64,000 nucleotides of DNA from contig DATAVR010000089.1 in NCBI GenBank assembly GCA_036267635.1, forward strand, positions 65,034 to 129,033, given 5' to 3'. Under the pieces are notes generated by a model. It was given only the letters and a program-made list of their open reading frames with translations, was not told where the DNA came from and did no database searches. The DNA is from Polyangia bacterium (GTDB lineage Bacteria > Myxococcota_A > Polyangia > Fen-1088). The position numbers and the translations under genes were made by a program. The number at the start of each line of letters is the position of its first letter. Position 1 is the stretch's first letter. Of this stretch, positions 35,801 to 47,011 are shown in pieces.

Positions 35801-38800
35801 TCAGCGTTGTGGCGGCGGTCGGCGCAGATCGAGGGTGAGCGGGAAGTCGGGGTTGCGCTCCTCGGGCGGCGCTTCTTGCGGGCCCGGCGTGTGGCCGAAC
35901 GGCCAGAAGCGGGCGATGCGGCGCCCCTCGGCCTCGAGCGCGTTGGTCGGCACCCGCTCGTGGGAGAGGCCGCCCGGGTGGGCGACGTGGTAGGTGCAGC
36001 CGGCGATCGCCCGGCCGGTCCAGCTGTCGATCAGATCGAACACCAGCGGCGCGTGCACGCCGATCGTCGGGTGCAGCGCCGAGGGGGGCTGCCAGGCGCG
36101 ATAGCGCACCCCGGCCACCGCCTCGCCGGGGGCGCCGGTCGGGTGGAGCGGGAGCCGCCGGCCGTTGCAGGCGACGACGTGGCGCGAATCGACCATCCCG
36201 CGCGTCTTCACCTCGAGCCGCTCGACCGAAGAGTCGACGTAGCGGGCGGTCCCCCCGGCGCCCGGCTCTTCGCCGAGCACGTGCCAGGGCTCGATCGCCT
36301 GCCGCAGCTCCAGCGTGACGCCGTCGGCGGCGATCGCGCCGGCCAGCGGGAAGCGGAAGTCGCGGTGGGCGCGGAACCAGTCGGTGGCGAACGGATACCC
36401 GGCGCCGCGCAGATCGTCGAGCACGTCCTCGAAGTCCTGCGCCACGAAGTGCGGCAGCGTGAAGCGATCGACGAGCCCCGTCCCCCAGCGCACCGGCCGG
36501 CGCTGGTACGGCGCGCGCCAGAACCAGGCGACCATCGAGCGCAGCAGGAGCTGCTGGGTGAGGCTCATCTGCGCGTGCGGCGGCATCTCGAACGCGCGCA
36601 GCTCGACGAGCCCCAGACGGCCGGTGGCGCTGTCGGGGCTGTAGAGCTTATCGATGCAGATCTCCGTCCGGTGCGTGTTGCCGGTGACGTCGACCAGCAG
36701 GTGGCGAAAAATCCGGTCGACCAGCCAAGGGGGCGTGGCGCTCTCCCGGGGAACCTCGCCGAACGCGACCTCCAGCTCGTGGACGCTGTCCTGCCGGGCC
36801 TCGTCGACCCGGGGCGCCTGGCTGGTCGGCCCGACGAACATCCCGGAGAAGAGATACGACAGCGACGGATGGTTGACGAAGTAGCCGACCAGGCTGCGCA
36901 GCAGATCGGGCCGCCGCAGGAACGGGCTGTCGGCGGGGGTCGCGCCGCCCATCACGACGTGGTTGCCGCCGCCGGTCCCGGTGTGGCGCCCGTCGAGCAT
37001 GAACTTCTCGGTGCCGAGGCGGCAGAGCCGCGCCTCCTCGTAGAGGGCGGTCGTCATCTCGGAGAGATCGGTCCAGGTGCGGGTCGGGTGGACGTTCACC
37101 TCGATGACGCCGGGATCGGGCGTCACCGAGAGGCGATCGAGCCGGTGGTCGCTGGGCGGGTGGTAGCCTTCGATCCTCACCGGCTGCTTGCGCTCGCGGG
37201 CGACGTCCTCGACGGCGGCCACCAGCGCCAGGTACTCCTCGAGGAGCTCGACCGGCGGCATGAAGATGTGCAGCATCCCCTCCCGCGGCTCGACACAAAG
37301 GGCCGTTCGTACGACGCCACTCGGCTCGGCCGCCCGCGACGTCTCGGGCGACGGCTTCGCCGGCTTGGGACCGGGCGGGGCGCGGCGGATCACCGGTCCG
37401 AGCGGCGGGCGCGCGGCCAGCGGATCGCGCGCGTAGATCTGCATCCGCTCCCCTTCCGACTCCCAGGGCAGGCCGTCGAGCGGCAGCCGGTACCCCATCG
37501 GCGAATCGCCCGGCAGCAGGAAGAGGTGACCGTCGCGCATCGACCAGCGCCCGCTCTCCCACAAGACGAGATCGTCGAAGGTCCGCGGGCGCAGCGGCAA
37601 GATGTAGCCGGCCACCTCGCCGAGACCGGCGCCGAACACGCGCGCCAGCCGCGCCCGCTCGATCGGATCGTCGAGCCGGCTCTCCAGCACGTTGACGTTG
37701 ATCGGCAGGCGGCGCTCGCGCCACAGGTAGTAGAAGGCGTCCTCGTAAGCGGCCTGCGCCAGATCCTCGGCCAGCCCCAGCCGGCCGGCGAGCGCGGTCA
37801 CGAACCCCTGGGCGGCCATCCGATCGGCGCGGCTGGTCGGCCGGCTCGGCTCGGGCTCCTGGGCGAAGAGCGCCGGGTCGGTCCAGACCGGCTCGCCGTC
37901 GCGGCGGAAGTAGACGGCGTAGGCCCAGCGGGGGAGCAGCTCGCCGGGGTACCACTTGCCCTGGCCGTGGTGCATGAGGCCGCCCGGCGCGAACCGCGCG
38001 CGCAGCCGCCGCGCCAGCTTGTCGGCCAGCCGCCGCTTGCCGTCGCCGAGCGCGGCGATGTTCCACTCGGGCGCGTCGCGATCGTCGATGGAGACGAAGG
38101 TCGGCTCGCCCCCCATGGTCAGCCGGACGTCGTAGCGCTGCAGATCCTGGTCGACCCGCGCGCCGAGGGCGTCGATGGCCGCCCACTGGTCGTCGCGGTA
38201 GGGCTTGGTGACCCGCGCCGTCTCGACAACCCGCTGGACGCGCATGGCGAACGTCGCCTTCTCCTCGACGCGATCGTCCTCTGACTTGGCGTTGAAGGTG
38301 AACGAGCCGCTGATCGCCGCCGCGGTCGACGGCCAGGCGGTGGCGGCCAGCGGGATGTGCCCTTCGCCGGAAAAAAGACCGCTGGTCGGGTCGAGGCCAA
38401 TCCAGCCGGCGCCGGGGAGATAGACCTCCACCCAGGCGTGCAGATCGGCCACGTCCTCGGTGACGCCGGCCGGGCCGCCGTCGAGCGGCTTCACGTCGGG
38501 TTTGAGCTGAATCGAGTAGCCCGACACGAACCGCGTCGCGTAGCCGAGCCGCCGCAGGAGCTCGACCTCCAGCCAGGCGAAGTCGCGGCACGAGCCGTGC
38601 CCGCGGACCAGTGTCTCTTCCGGCTCGAAAACCCCCGGCTCCATCCGCAGGTCGTAGCGAAGCCGCTGGGAGATGTCGCGGTTGATGTCGACCAGCACGT
38701 CGATGTTGCGGCGGCCCGGGCGTGCGTACTTGCTGTGCACCTCCTCGATGAGCGCGCCGAACCGGGCGTCGGGCGCCGACTGGATGCTGTAGGGCGCGAG

Positions 38801-39139
38801 CTCCCGCGCCAGCGAGGCCTCGTACCGGAACCCGAAATTCTCCGCGTACTCCTCGACGAAGAAGTCGAACGGATTGAGCGCGATCATCTCGGCGACCAGA
38901 TCGACCTCGACGGTCAGCTCGCGCGCCGGCTTGTTGAAGACCAGCCGCGCCTGGTAGTTGCCGAAGGGATCCTGCTGCCAGTTGAGGAAGTGATCTTCGG
39001 GCGTGACCTGCATCGAGTAGCTGACGATCGGCGTCCGGCTGTGCGGCGCCGGACGAAGCCGAACGACGTGGGGCTGCAGCACGACCTCACGGTCGTAGCG
39101 GTAGCGGGAGCTGTGAGTGAGCGCGACCCGGATTGCCAT
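35801..39139 (-). CDS. Large transglutaminase-family protein (Bact_transglu_N, transglutaminase core and DUF2126)
   Basis: MAIRVALTHSSRYRYDREV...LNWQQDPFGNY, GSCRDFAWL (Cys nucleophile) and HAWVEVYLPGAGWIGLDPT. 1112 aa from the in-frame ATG 39139. Confidence 0.9.
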   Translation of the reverse strand: MAIRVALTHSSRYRYDREVVLQPHVVRLRPAPHSRTPIVSYSMQVTPEDHFLNWQQDPFGNYQARLVFNKPARELTVEVDLVAEMIALNPFDFFVEEYAENFGFRYEASLARELAPYSIQSAPDARFGALIEEVHSKYARPGRRNIDVLVDINRDISQRLRYDLRMEPGVFEPEETLVRGHGSCRDFAWLEVELLRRLGYATRFVSGYSIQLKPDVKPLDGGPAGVTEDVADLHAWVEVYLPGAGWIGLDPTSGLFSGEGHIPLAATAWPSTAAAISGSFTFNAKSEDDRVEEKATFAMRVQRVVETARVTKPYRDDQWAAIDALGARVDQDLQRYDVRLTMGGEPTFVSIDDRDAPEWNIAALGDGKRRLADKLARRLRARFAPGGLMHHGQGKWYPGELLPRWAYAVYFRRDGEPVWTDPALFAQEPEPSRPTSRADRMAAQGFVTALAGRLGLAEDLAQAAYEDAFYYLWRERRLPINVNVLESRLDDPIERARLARVFGAGLGEVAGYILPLRPRTFDDLVLWESGRWSMRDGHLFLLPGDSPMGYRLPLDGLPWESEGERMQIYARDPLAARPPLGPVIRRAPPGPKPAKPSPETSRAAEPSGVVRTALCVEPREGMLHIFMPPVELLEEYLALVAAVEDVARERKQPVRIEGYHPPSDHRLDRLSVTPDPGVIEVNVHPTRTWTDLSEMTTALYEEARLCRLGTEKFMLDGRHTGTGGGNHVVMGGATPADSPFLRRPDLLRSLVGYFVNHPSLSYLFSGMFVGPTSQAPRVDEARQDSVHELEVAFGEVPRESATPPWLVDRIFRHLLVDVTGNTHRTEICIDKLYSPDSATGRLGLVELRAFEMPPHAQMSLTQQLLLRSMVAWFWRAPYQRRPVRWGTGLVDRFTLPHFVAQDFEDVLDDLRGAGYPFATDWFRAHRDFRFPLAGAIAADGVTLELRQAIEPWHVLGEEPGAGGTARYVDSSVERLEVKTRGMVDSRHVVACNGRRLPLHPTGAPGEAVAGVRYRAWQPPSALHPTIGVHAPLVFDLIDSWTGRAIAGCTYHVAHPGGLSHERVPTNALEAEGRRIARFWPFGHTPGPQEAPPEERNPDFPLTLDLRRPPPQR

Positions 39140-39162
39140 AGAGGAGCGGACCTTACCAGGCG

Positions 39163-41718
<2,556 letters not shown>

Positions 41719-41894
41719 TCCAGCACACCCACGGGGACGTCCGCGTTTCCGTTTTGTCTGGATTTGATGAACGGCTGTCAGAAATTGAACGGCGCCGCCC
41801 GGACGCTGACGCCGCGGGGGCGCGCGCGTGATGTTCTCGGGGCTTGGCGCGGTGCTCGAAAATTGCATGGACGAGGTGCGCGGGAGGCCAGGCC

Positions 41895-42764
41895 ATGGGA
41901 ACGAAAGAAGCGCGCGGTCAGAAGAGGGTCACGGTCGGGGCGCTGTTCGCCGTCTGGGCCGGGGCGGTGGCCGTCGCCGGCTGCGGCAGCGTCAGCGGGA
42001 TCCCGATCGACGAGACGGCGACCCGGATCGCCGACACCGTCTGTCCCAAGGCCTACCTGTGCTGCACCGCTGACCAGCTCTCGAGCAACGGCGCTGCCGG
42101 CGCCGACGTGACGTCGTGCGAGGTCGACACGAAGTCCAACTACGTCAGCGTGCTGCAGGCGCTGCAGGCGTCGATCGACCAGAAGCGGGCGACCTACGAC
42201 TCGTCCAAGCTCGACACCTGCCTGGCCACGATCACGAATTCGGACTGCGCCACGCTGAACCTGACCAACCACCTCGCGGGGGTCAAAGGTTGCGAGTCGT
42301 TCACCAGCCCGCTGGTCCCGATCGGCGGCGGCTGCTCGCAGGACTACGAGTGTATCAACGGCTGGTGCAACGTCCCCACCACCTCCGACAACGGCCAGGG
42401 GACCTGCACGGGCTTCAGCGGCACGGGACAATCGTGCGCGACGGGCGGCGGGCCGAGCTGCGGCCCGAACGCCCTGTGCGACCTCGAGGGGACGACGGAC
42501 AGCTCGGACGACCTGTGCGAGCCGGTCTCCGACATCGGCGGCGGCTGCACCGACGATCTCCAGTGCCAGAGCTTCAACTGCATCAGCAGCGGTGGCAGCG
42601 GGATGACCTGCCAGGCGGCGACCACGCCGCCGCCCGAGATGTGCTTCTACCAGAGCGGCTGCTCGGCGGCGGGCGGGCGGCCGGGCGCGGGGACGCTGCT
42701 CCTTTTCGCCGGCTTCGCCGCGATCGCCTTCCTGCGCGCCGGCCGCGCACGCCGCCGCCGCTGA
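41895..42764 (+). CDS. Cys-rich lipoprotein with a MYXO-CTERM-like tail
   Basis: ALFAVWAGAVAVAGC lipobox. Multiple C..DY.C..G.C modules. C-terminus SGCSAAGGRPGAGTLLLFAGFAAIAFLRAGRARRRR. Confidence 0.7.
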   Translation: MGTKEARGQKRVTVGALFAVWAGAVAVAGCGSVSGIPIDETATRIADTVCPKAYLCCTADQLSSNGAAGADVTSCEVDTKSNYVSVLQALQASIDQKRATYDSSKLDTCLATITNSDCATLNLTNHLAGVKGCESFTSPLVPIGGGCSQDYECINGWCNVPTTSDNGQGTCTGFSGTGQSCATGGGPSCGPNALCDLEGTTDSSDDLCEPVSDIGGGCTDDLQCQSFNCISSGGSGMTCQAATTPPPEMCFYQSGCSAAGGRPGAGTLLLFAGFAAIAFLRAGRARRRR

Positions 42765-42808
42765 TTTCGACGACCTTCCACCACGCGCGGTCGGGGTATG
42801 CTCGGGCC

Positions 42809-42985
42809 ATGCCCGATGCCGCCGATCGCGATATCAAGGCCGAGACGGCGCCGCCGGCCTGCGCCGTCGATCCCGACTCCGAGTGCCCGGTCTGCGCCGC
42901 CCGCGGCCTGCGGGTCAAGATGCACCCGGTCAAAGCGCACTACCAGTGCCCGGAGTGCCGCTACTTCGACTCTTGCTGCATGTAA
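42809..42985 (+). CDS. Small zinc-ribbon protein (58 aa)
   Basis: CPVC...CPEC pairs. High GC3. Confidence 0.5.
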   Translation: MPDAADRDIKAETAPPACAVDPDSECPVCAARGLRVKMHPVKAHYQCPECRYFDSCCM

Positions 42986-43014
42986 AAAAAACATCGCCGG
43001 CTGTCGATCCGGCG
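42984..43014 (-). terminator. Minus-strand-oriented intrinsic-terminator-like hairpin (CGCCGG-N8-CCGGCG) followed by T8
   Basis: The plus strand shows an A8 run (42984-42991) and then the hairpin (42995-43014). Read on the minus strand this is stem-loop plus U8. No minus-strand gene is evident upstream of it. Confidence 0.35.
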
Positions 43015-43078
43015 GCCCCACGTTCGTCGTCAGGGTGAGGGCAGGTTCAAAGGCCCTCGCCAAACGAGGAGATAGACC

Positions 43079-43507
43079 ATGCGCTACATGATGATCGTCA
43101 AGGGCACGAAGCAGTCCGAGGCCGGGGTGATGCCGACGGAGGAGCACTTCGCGATGATGGGCAAGTACAACGAAGAGCTGCAAAGGGCCGGCGTGCTGCT
43201 CGACCTTTCGGGCCTCAAGCCGACCTCCAAGGCGGTGAAGGTCCAGTTCACGGGCGGCAAACGGAACGTCATCGACGGTCCATTCACCGAGGCCAAGGAG
43301 ATCATCGCCGGCTACTGGATCATCCAGGTGAAGTCGCGCGAGGAGGCCATCGAGTGGGCCAAGCGGATCCCGGCCGAGGCGTGCAACGTGCCCGAGGTGG
43401 AGCTGCGCCCCTTCTACGAGCTGGAGGACTTCGCGCCCGGCCCGGCGGTCGAGGCGGCCAAGGAGCGGGCGAAGAAGCTTCCCGCCAGCGCGAGCCCCAA
43501 GGGATAG
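43079..43507 (+). CDS. YciI-family (DGPF) protein
   Basis: MRYMMIVKGT...VIDGPFTEAKEIIAGYWIIQVKSREEAIEWAKR. Confidence 0.85.
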   Translation: MRYMMIVKGTKQSEAGVMPTEEHFAMMGKYNEELQRAGVLLDLSGLKPTSKAVKVQFTGGKRNVIDGPFTEAKEIIAGYWIIQVKSREEAIEWAKRIPAEACNVPEVELRPFYELEDFAPGPAVEAAKERAKKLPASASPKG

Positions 43508-43516
43508 CGCGCGGCC

Positions 43517-44818
43517 GTGGGCCCGACCGCGGACGAGACGCGGCGCCGGATCGAGGCGCTGTGGCGGATGGAGGCGCCGAAGCTGCACGCGGCGCTCGCG
43601 CGCCTCACCCGCGACGTCGGCCTGGCCGAGGAGCTGGCCCAGGAGGCGCTGGTGGTGGCGCTCGAGCGCTGGCCGGAGTCGGGCGTCCCCGACAACCCGG
43701 GCGCTTGGCTGATGACCACCGCCAAGAACCGCGCCCTCGACGATCTCCGGCGGCGCAAGCTCCTGCGCGGGAAGCACCAGGAGCTGGGGCGCGAGCTGGA
43801 GGCGGAACAGGACGCCGCCGCCGGGGAGCTGGAAGCGCGGCTGGAACGGGAGCTGGACGACGACGTGGGGGACGACTTGTTGCGCCTCATCTTCACCGCC
43901 TGCCACCCGGTGCTCGCGCGCGACGCCCGGGTGGCGCTGACGCTGCGACTGCTGGGCGGCCTGACGACCGCGGAGATCGCGCGCGCGTTCCTGACGCCCG
44001 AGCCGACGATCGCCCAGCGGATCGTCCGGGCCAAGAAGACCCTGGCCGAGGCCAATCTGCCGTTCGAGATGCCACGCGGCGCCGACCGGGCCGAGCGGTT
44101 GGCCTCGGTGCTGGAGGTCATCTACCTCGTCTTCAACGAAGGCTACGCGGCGACGGCCGGCGACGACTGGATGCGCCCCGAGCTCTGCGAAGACGCGCTT
44201 CGCCTCGGACGCGTCCTCGCCGGGCTGGCGCCCGACGAGCCGGAGGTGCACGGCCTCGTCGCGCTGATGGAGATCCAGGCCTCGCGCGTCCATGCGCGCA
44301 GCGGGCCGACCGGCGAGCCGATCCTGCTGCTGGAACAGGATCGTTCGCGCTGGGACCAGCTGCTCATCCGCCGCGGCCTCGCGGCGCTGGCCCAGGCCGA
44401 GGCGCTCGGCGGCGCGCGCGGGCGCTACGCGCTGCAGGCCGCGCTGGCCGCCTGCCACGCCCGCGCCCGGACGGCGAAGGAGACCGACTGGGCCCGCATC
44501 GCGGGCCTCTATAGCGCGCTCGGCGAGGTGGCGCCGTCGCCGATCGTCGAGCTCAATCGCGCCATCGCGCTCGGGATGCTGTTCGGCCCCGAGGCGGCTT
44601 TGAAGATCGTCGACGCGCTGAAGGACGATCCGGCGCTGGCCGGCTATCACCTCTTGCCCAGCGTCCGCGCCGACTTTCTCACCAAGCTGGGACGCTTCGA
44701 CGAGGCGCGCGCCGAGCTGGAACGCGCCGCCGCGCTCACCCAGAACGCCCGCGAGCGCACGCTCTTGCTGGGCCGTGCCGAGGCGTGCGGCCGGCGCCGG
44801 CAGGATCCGGCGACTTGA
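43517..44818 (+). CDS. ECF-type sigma-70 family factor with a long C-terminal (DUF6596/TPR-like) extension
   Basis: Region 2: AEELAQEALVVAL...NPGAWLMTTAKNRALD. Region 4: LGGLTTAEIARAFLTPEPTIAQRIVRAKK. This is the usual partner of an upstream YciI gene. Confidence 0.85.
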   Translation: MGPTADETRRRIEALWRMEAPKLHAALARLTRDVGLAEELAQEALVVALERWPESGVPDNPGAWLMTTAKNRALDDLRRRKLLRGKHQELGRELEAEQDAAAGELEARLERELDDDVGDDLLRLIFTACHPVLARDARVALTLRLLGGLTTAEIARAFLTPEPTIAQRIVRAKKTLAEANLPFEMPRGADRAERLASVLEVIYLVFNEGYAATAGDDWMRPELCEDALRLGRVLAGLAPDEPEVHGLVALMEIQASRVHARSGPTGEPILLLEQDRSRWDQLLIRRGLAALAQAEALGGARGRYALQAALAACHARARTAKETDWARIAGLYSALGEVAPSPIVELNRAIALGMLFGPEAALKIVDALKDDPALAGYHLLPSVRADFLTKLGRFDEARAELERAAALTQNARERTLLLGRAEACGRRRQDPAT

Positions 44819-44849
44819 CGCTCTGACGTTATAGCGTCAAGTTGAGCTC

Positions 44850-45080
44850 ATGGCCCAGGCGAAGAGAGCCACCATATATTTGGATCCGGCACTGCATCGC
44901 GCCCTCCGTATGAAGGCCGCGGAGACGGACGTATCGGTGTCTGAGCTGGTGAACGACGCCGTTCGCTTGCGGTTGGCTGAAGACGCCGAGGATCTCGAGG
45001 CGTTCCGAACGAGAGCGAAGGAACCAACCTCGTCCTTCGAGAAGCTCGTGGGCACGCTCAAACGACGTGGGAAGCTATAG
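44850..45080 (+). CDS. Ribbon-helix-helix (CopG/RelB-type) antitoxin
   Basis: KRATIYLDPALHRALRMKAAETDVSVSELVNDAVR. Overlaps the toxin gene by 14 nt. Confidence 0.8.
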   Translation: MAQAKRATIYLDPALHRALRMKAAETDVSVSELVNDAVRLRLAEDAEDLEAFRTRAKEPTSSFEKLVGTLKRRGKL

Positions 45081-45324
45081 GCTCGAGGTCAAGCGTTCGG
45101 CAGCCAAGGAGATCGCCGATCTTCCCAAGGCCGACTGTCAGCGCGTCGTCGCGAAGATCCAGCTCCTGGCAAACAACCCGCGGCCACATGGCTGCGAGAA
45201 GCTCAGCGGCGCCGAGAAATACCGCGTTCGACAAGGCGACTATCGCATCCTCTACGAGATCGACGACTCGGCGAAGTCCGTGATCATCGTAAAGATAGGA
45301 AACCGCAAAGAGGTCTACCGCTGA
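45067..45324 (+). CDS. RelE/ParE-family toxin
   Basis: YRLEVKRSAAKEIADLP...KLSGAEKYRVRQGDYRILYEIDDSAKSVIIVKIGNRKEVYR. Confidence 0.85.
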   Translation: MGSYRLEVKRSAAKEIADLPKADCQRVVAKIQLLANNPRPHGCEKLSGAEKYRVRQGDYRILYEIDDSAKSVIIVKIGNRKEVYR

Positions 45325-45332
45325 AGCTTTTT

Positions 45333-45734
45333 TTACCGTCCGCTCACCAAGCGCAGCGAGGGGTGGTGATCGGTCGATAGCCACCCGTGTCTAGGCGGGG
45401 TGTTTCTCTTCGACCAACTCAAACGACACCTCCTGGCCCACATAAAAGGGACACCTGTGAGCGAGAACGTGACCCAGGCCAGAATTTCTAGACGGAGGTT
45501 GAAGCGAGCCCGGCGAGCAAGCGACGGATCGGAGTTGCGCGCCAACATTCGCAAATGTTGTCGCTCCGGAGCGTAGCTTCGACTCAGCCATCGAACCGCC
45601 AGTCCATGGTTCTTGGCGAACGCTCGAACGTTAAGCAGCATCAGGTTGGCCACCACCAATCCCCACGAGGCGACGTACACGGCTTCCATGTGTCCCACTC
45701 CACCTCCGTCTGACTTGTATTCGGGCAACAGCAT
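45333..45734 (-). CDS. Possible small membrane protein (hypothetical)
   Basis: Two hydrophobic segments. Sits in a lower-GC patch. Codon bias is weak and a competing ORF lies at 45391..45591. Confidence 0.3.
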   Translation of the reverse strand: MLLPEYKSDGGGVGHMEAVYVASWGLVVANLMLLNVRAFAKNHGLAVRWLSRSYAPERQHLRMLARNSDPSLARRARFNLRLEILAWVTFSLTGVPFMWARRCRLSWSKRNTPPRHGWLSTDHHPSLRLVSGR

Positions 45735-45871
45735 AGCTGTTATACGAGCAACCCGAGAACCCCGAGCGTTACGATCTCACGTCCTTACGACCAAGAGGGT
45801 TGCGTCAGATTACGAAGCGTTGCTGGATGACGCAATAAGGGCGGCGGGGCCGTTGGGGCGCCGCAAGTGGA

Positions 45872-47011
45872 TCACACGTAGCGCGGCCAGCCTGTTCGGT
45901 GGGTCGCCTTGTAGCCGCGGTACCAGCGGCAGGCGGGGTAGAGGACCGCGATGACGGCGGCTGCACCGAGGTAGGCGGCGCCGACGCTGTAACTCTTCTC
46001 GATTCCGAGCAAGCGCGCGGACTGGACCAGCAGGGGGAAGTGAAGCAGGTAGAAGAACATCGGGACCTGGCCGAGCACCATGAAGAGGCTGTTCGGGCGG
46101 GGCGTGCGGCCTCGCGCGAGGCGGAACATGCCGGCGAGGATCAGGGCCATCAACCCAAGCTCCAGCGCGTCGTAGGTGATCGAGGGCGGGTACTTGCTGA
46201 CGTGCAGCCACTGGAGCGGCGACCAGGAATCGCGCAGGAGGCGCATGTTGCCGTAGCCGTTTGCGGCGCGCAGGACGGCGAACAGCGCCAGCGCGGCGAG
46301 GCCGGCGCGGGCGAGATCGCGGCCGGCCGTCGCTCGCGCTGCGGGCGCGGTGACCAGGCGGCGGCCCCACGACCAGCCGAGCAGCAGGATCGCCAGCCAG
46401 TGGATCGTCGGGTAGGCGATGATCAGCGGGCCGTGCTGGCCGCCGGTCAACAGAAGCGAGACGGGGAGCGACGGCGGGCCTCCGGCGCGCATCGCCAGGC
46501 CGACCATCAGCTCGCCGCCGGCGATCAAGAGGAGCGCGACGACGGGCGCCGCGCGATCGGGCAGGCGCCGCAGCGGCACCATCAGGACGTAGGCCGATCC
46601 GATCCCGTAGAGGACCTGGAAGATGAAACGGCCGTGTCCCATCACCGTGAGCGAGATCCAGAGCTCGAACGCCGCGATCACCAGCCCGCGCACGAAGATG
46701 TAGCGATCGATCGCGCTCGCCCGATCGCCGGCCGCCACCTGGCGCGAGACGGTGAACGCCAGGCTGGTGCCGGCCAGGAAAAGGAACGTCGGCGCGCAGA
46801 TGTGCGTCATCCAGCGGGTCAGGAACTGCGCGGCCGGCAGCGGCGCGCCCGGGTGCCACATGGTCGCGGCGTCGGTGAAGAGACGCCCGCCGTTGAAGGC
46901 GTCGGAGCTGTGGTCGATGGCCATCAGGACCATCACCAGGCCGCGCATCCAGTCGAGCGCGGGGAGACGCGAGGCGGCTCGCACGCCCGCGGCGTCGGCC
47001 GCGGCGGTCAC
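45872..47011 (-). CDS. DUF1624 / heparan-alpha-glucosaminide N-acetyltransferase-like membrane acyltransferase
   Basis: LDWMRGLVMVLMAIDHS and about 10 TM segments. The GTG start overlaps the upstream stop (GTGA at 47008-47011). Confidence 0.8.
   Translation of the reverse strand: MTAAADAAGVRAASRLPALDWMRGLVMVLMAIDHSSDAFNGGRLFTDAATMWHPGAPLPAAQFLTRWMTHICAPTFLFLAGTSLAFTVSRQVAAGDRASAIDRYIFVRGLVIAAFELWISLTVMGHGRFIFQVLYGIGSAYVLMVPLRRLPDRAAPVVALLLIAGGELMVGLAMRAGGPPSLPVSLLLTGGQHGPLIIAYPTIHWLAILLLGWSWGRRLVTAPAARATAGRDLARAGLAALALFAVLRAANGYGNMRLLRDSWSPLQWLHVSKYPPSITYDALELGLMALILAGMFRLARGRTPRPNSLFMVLGQVPMFFYLLHFPLLVQSARLLGIEKSYSVGAAYLGAAAVIAVLYPACRWYRGYKATHRTGWPRYV

Noticed and set aside
45391-45591. Alternative 66-aa minus-strand ORF in the low-GC islet.
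   Set aside because: It is out of frame with, and nested in, the 45333..45734 ORF. Neither has homology support, so only the longer one with TM-like segments is listed, at low confidence.
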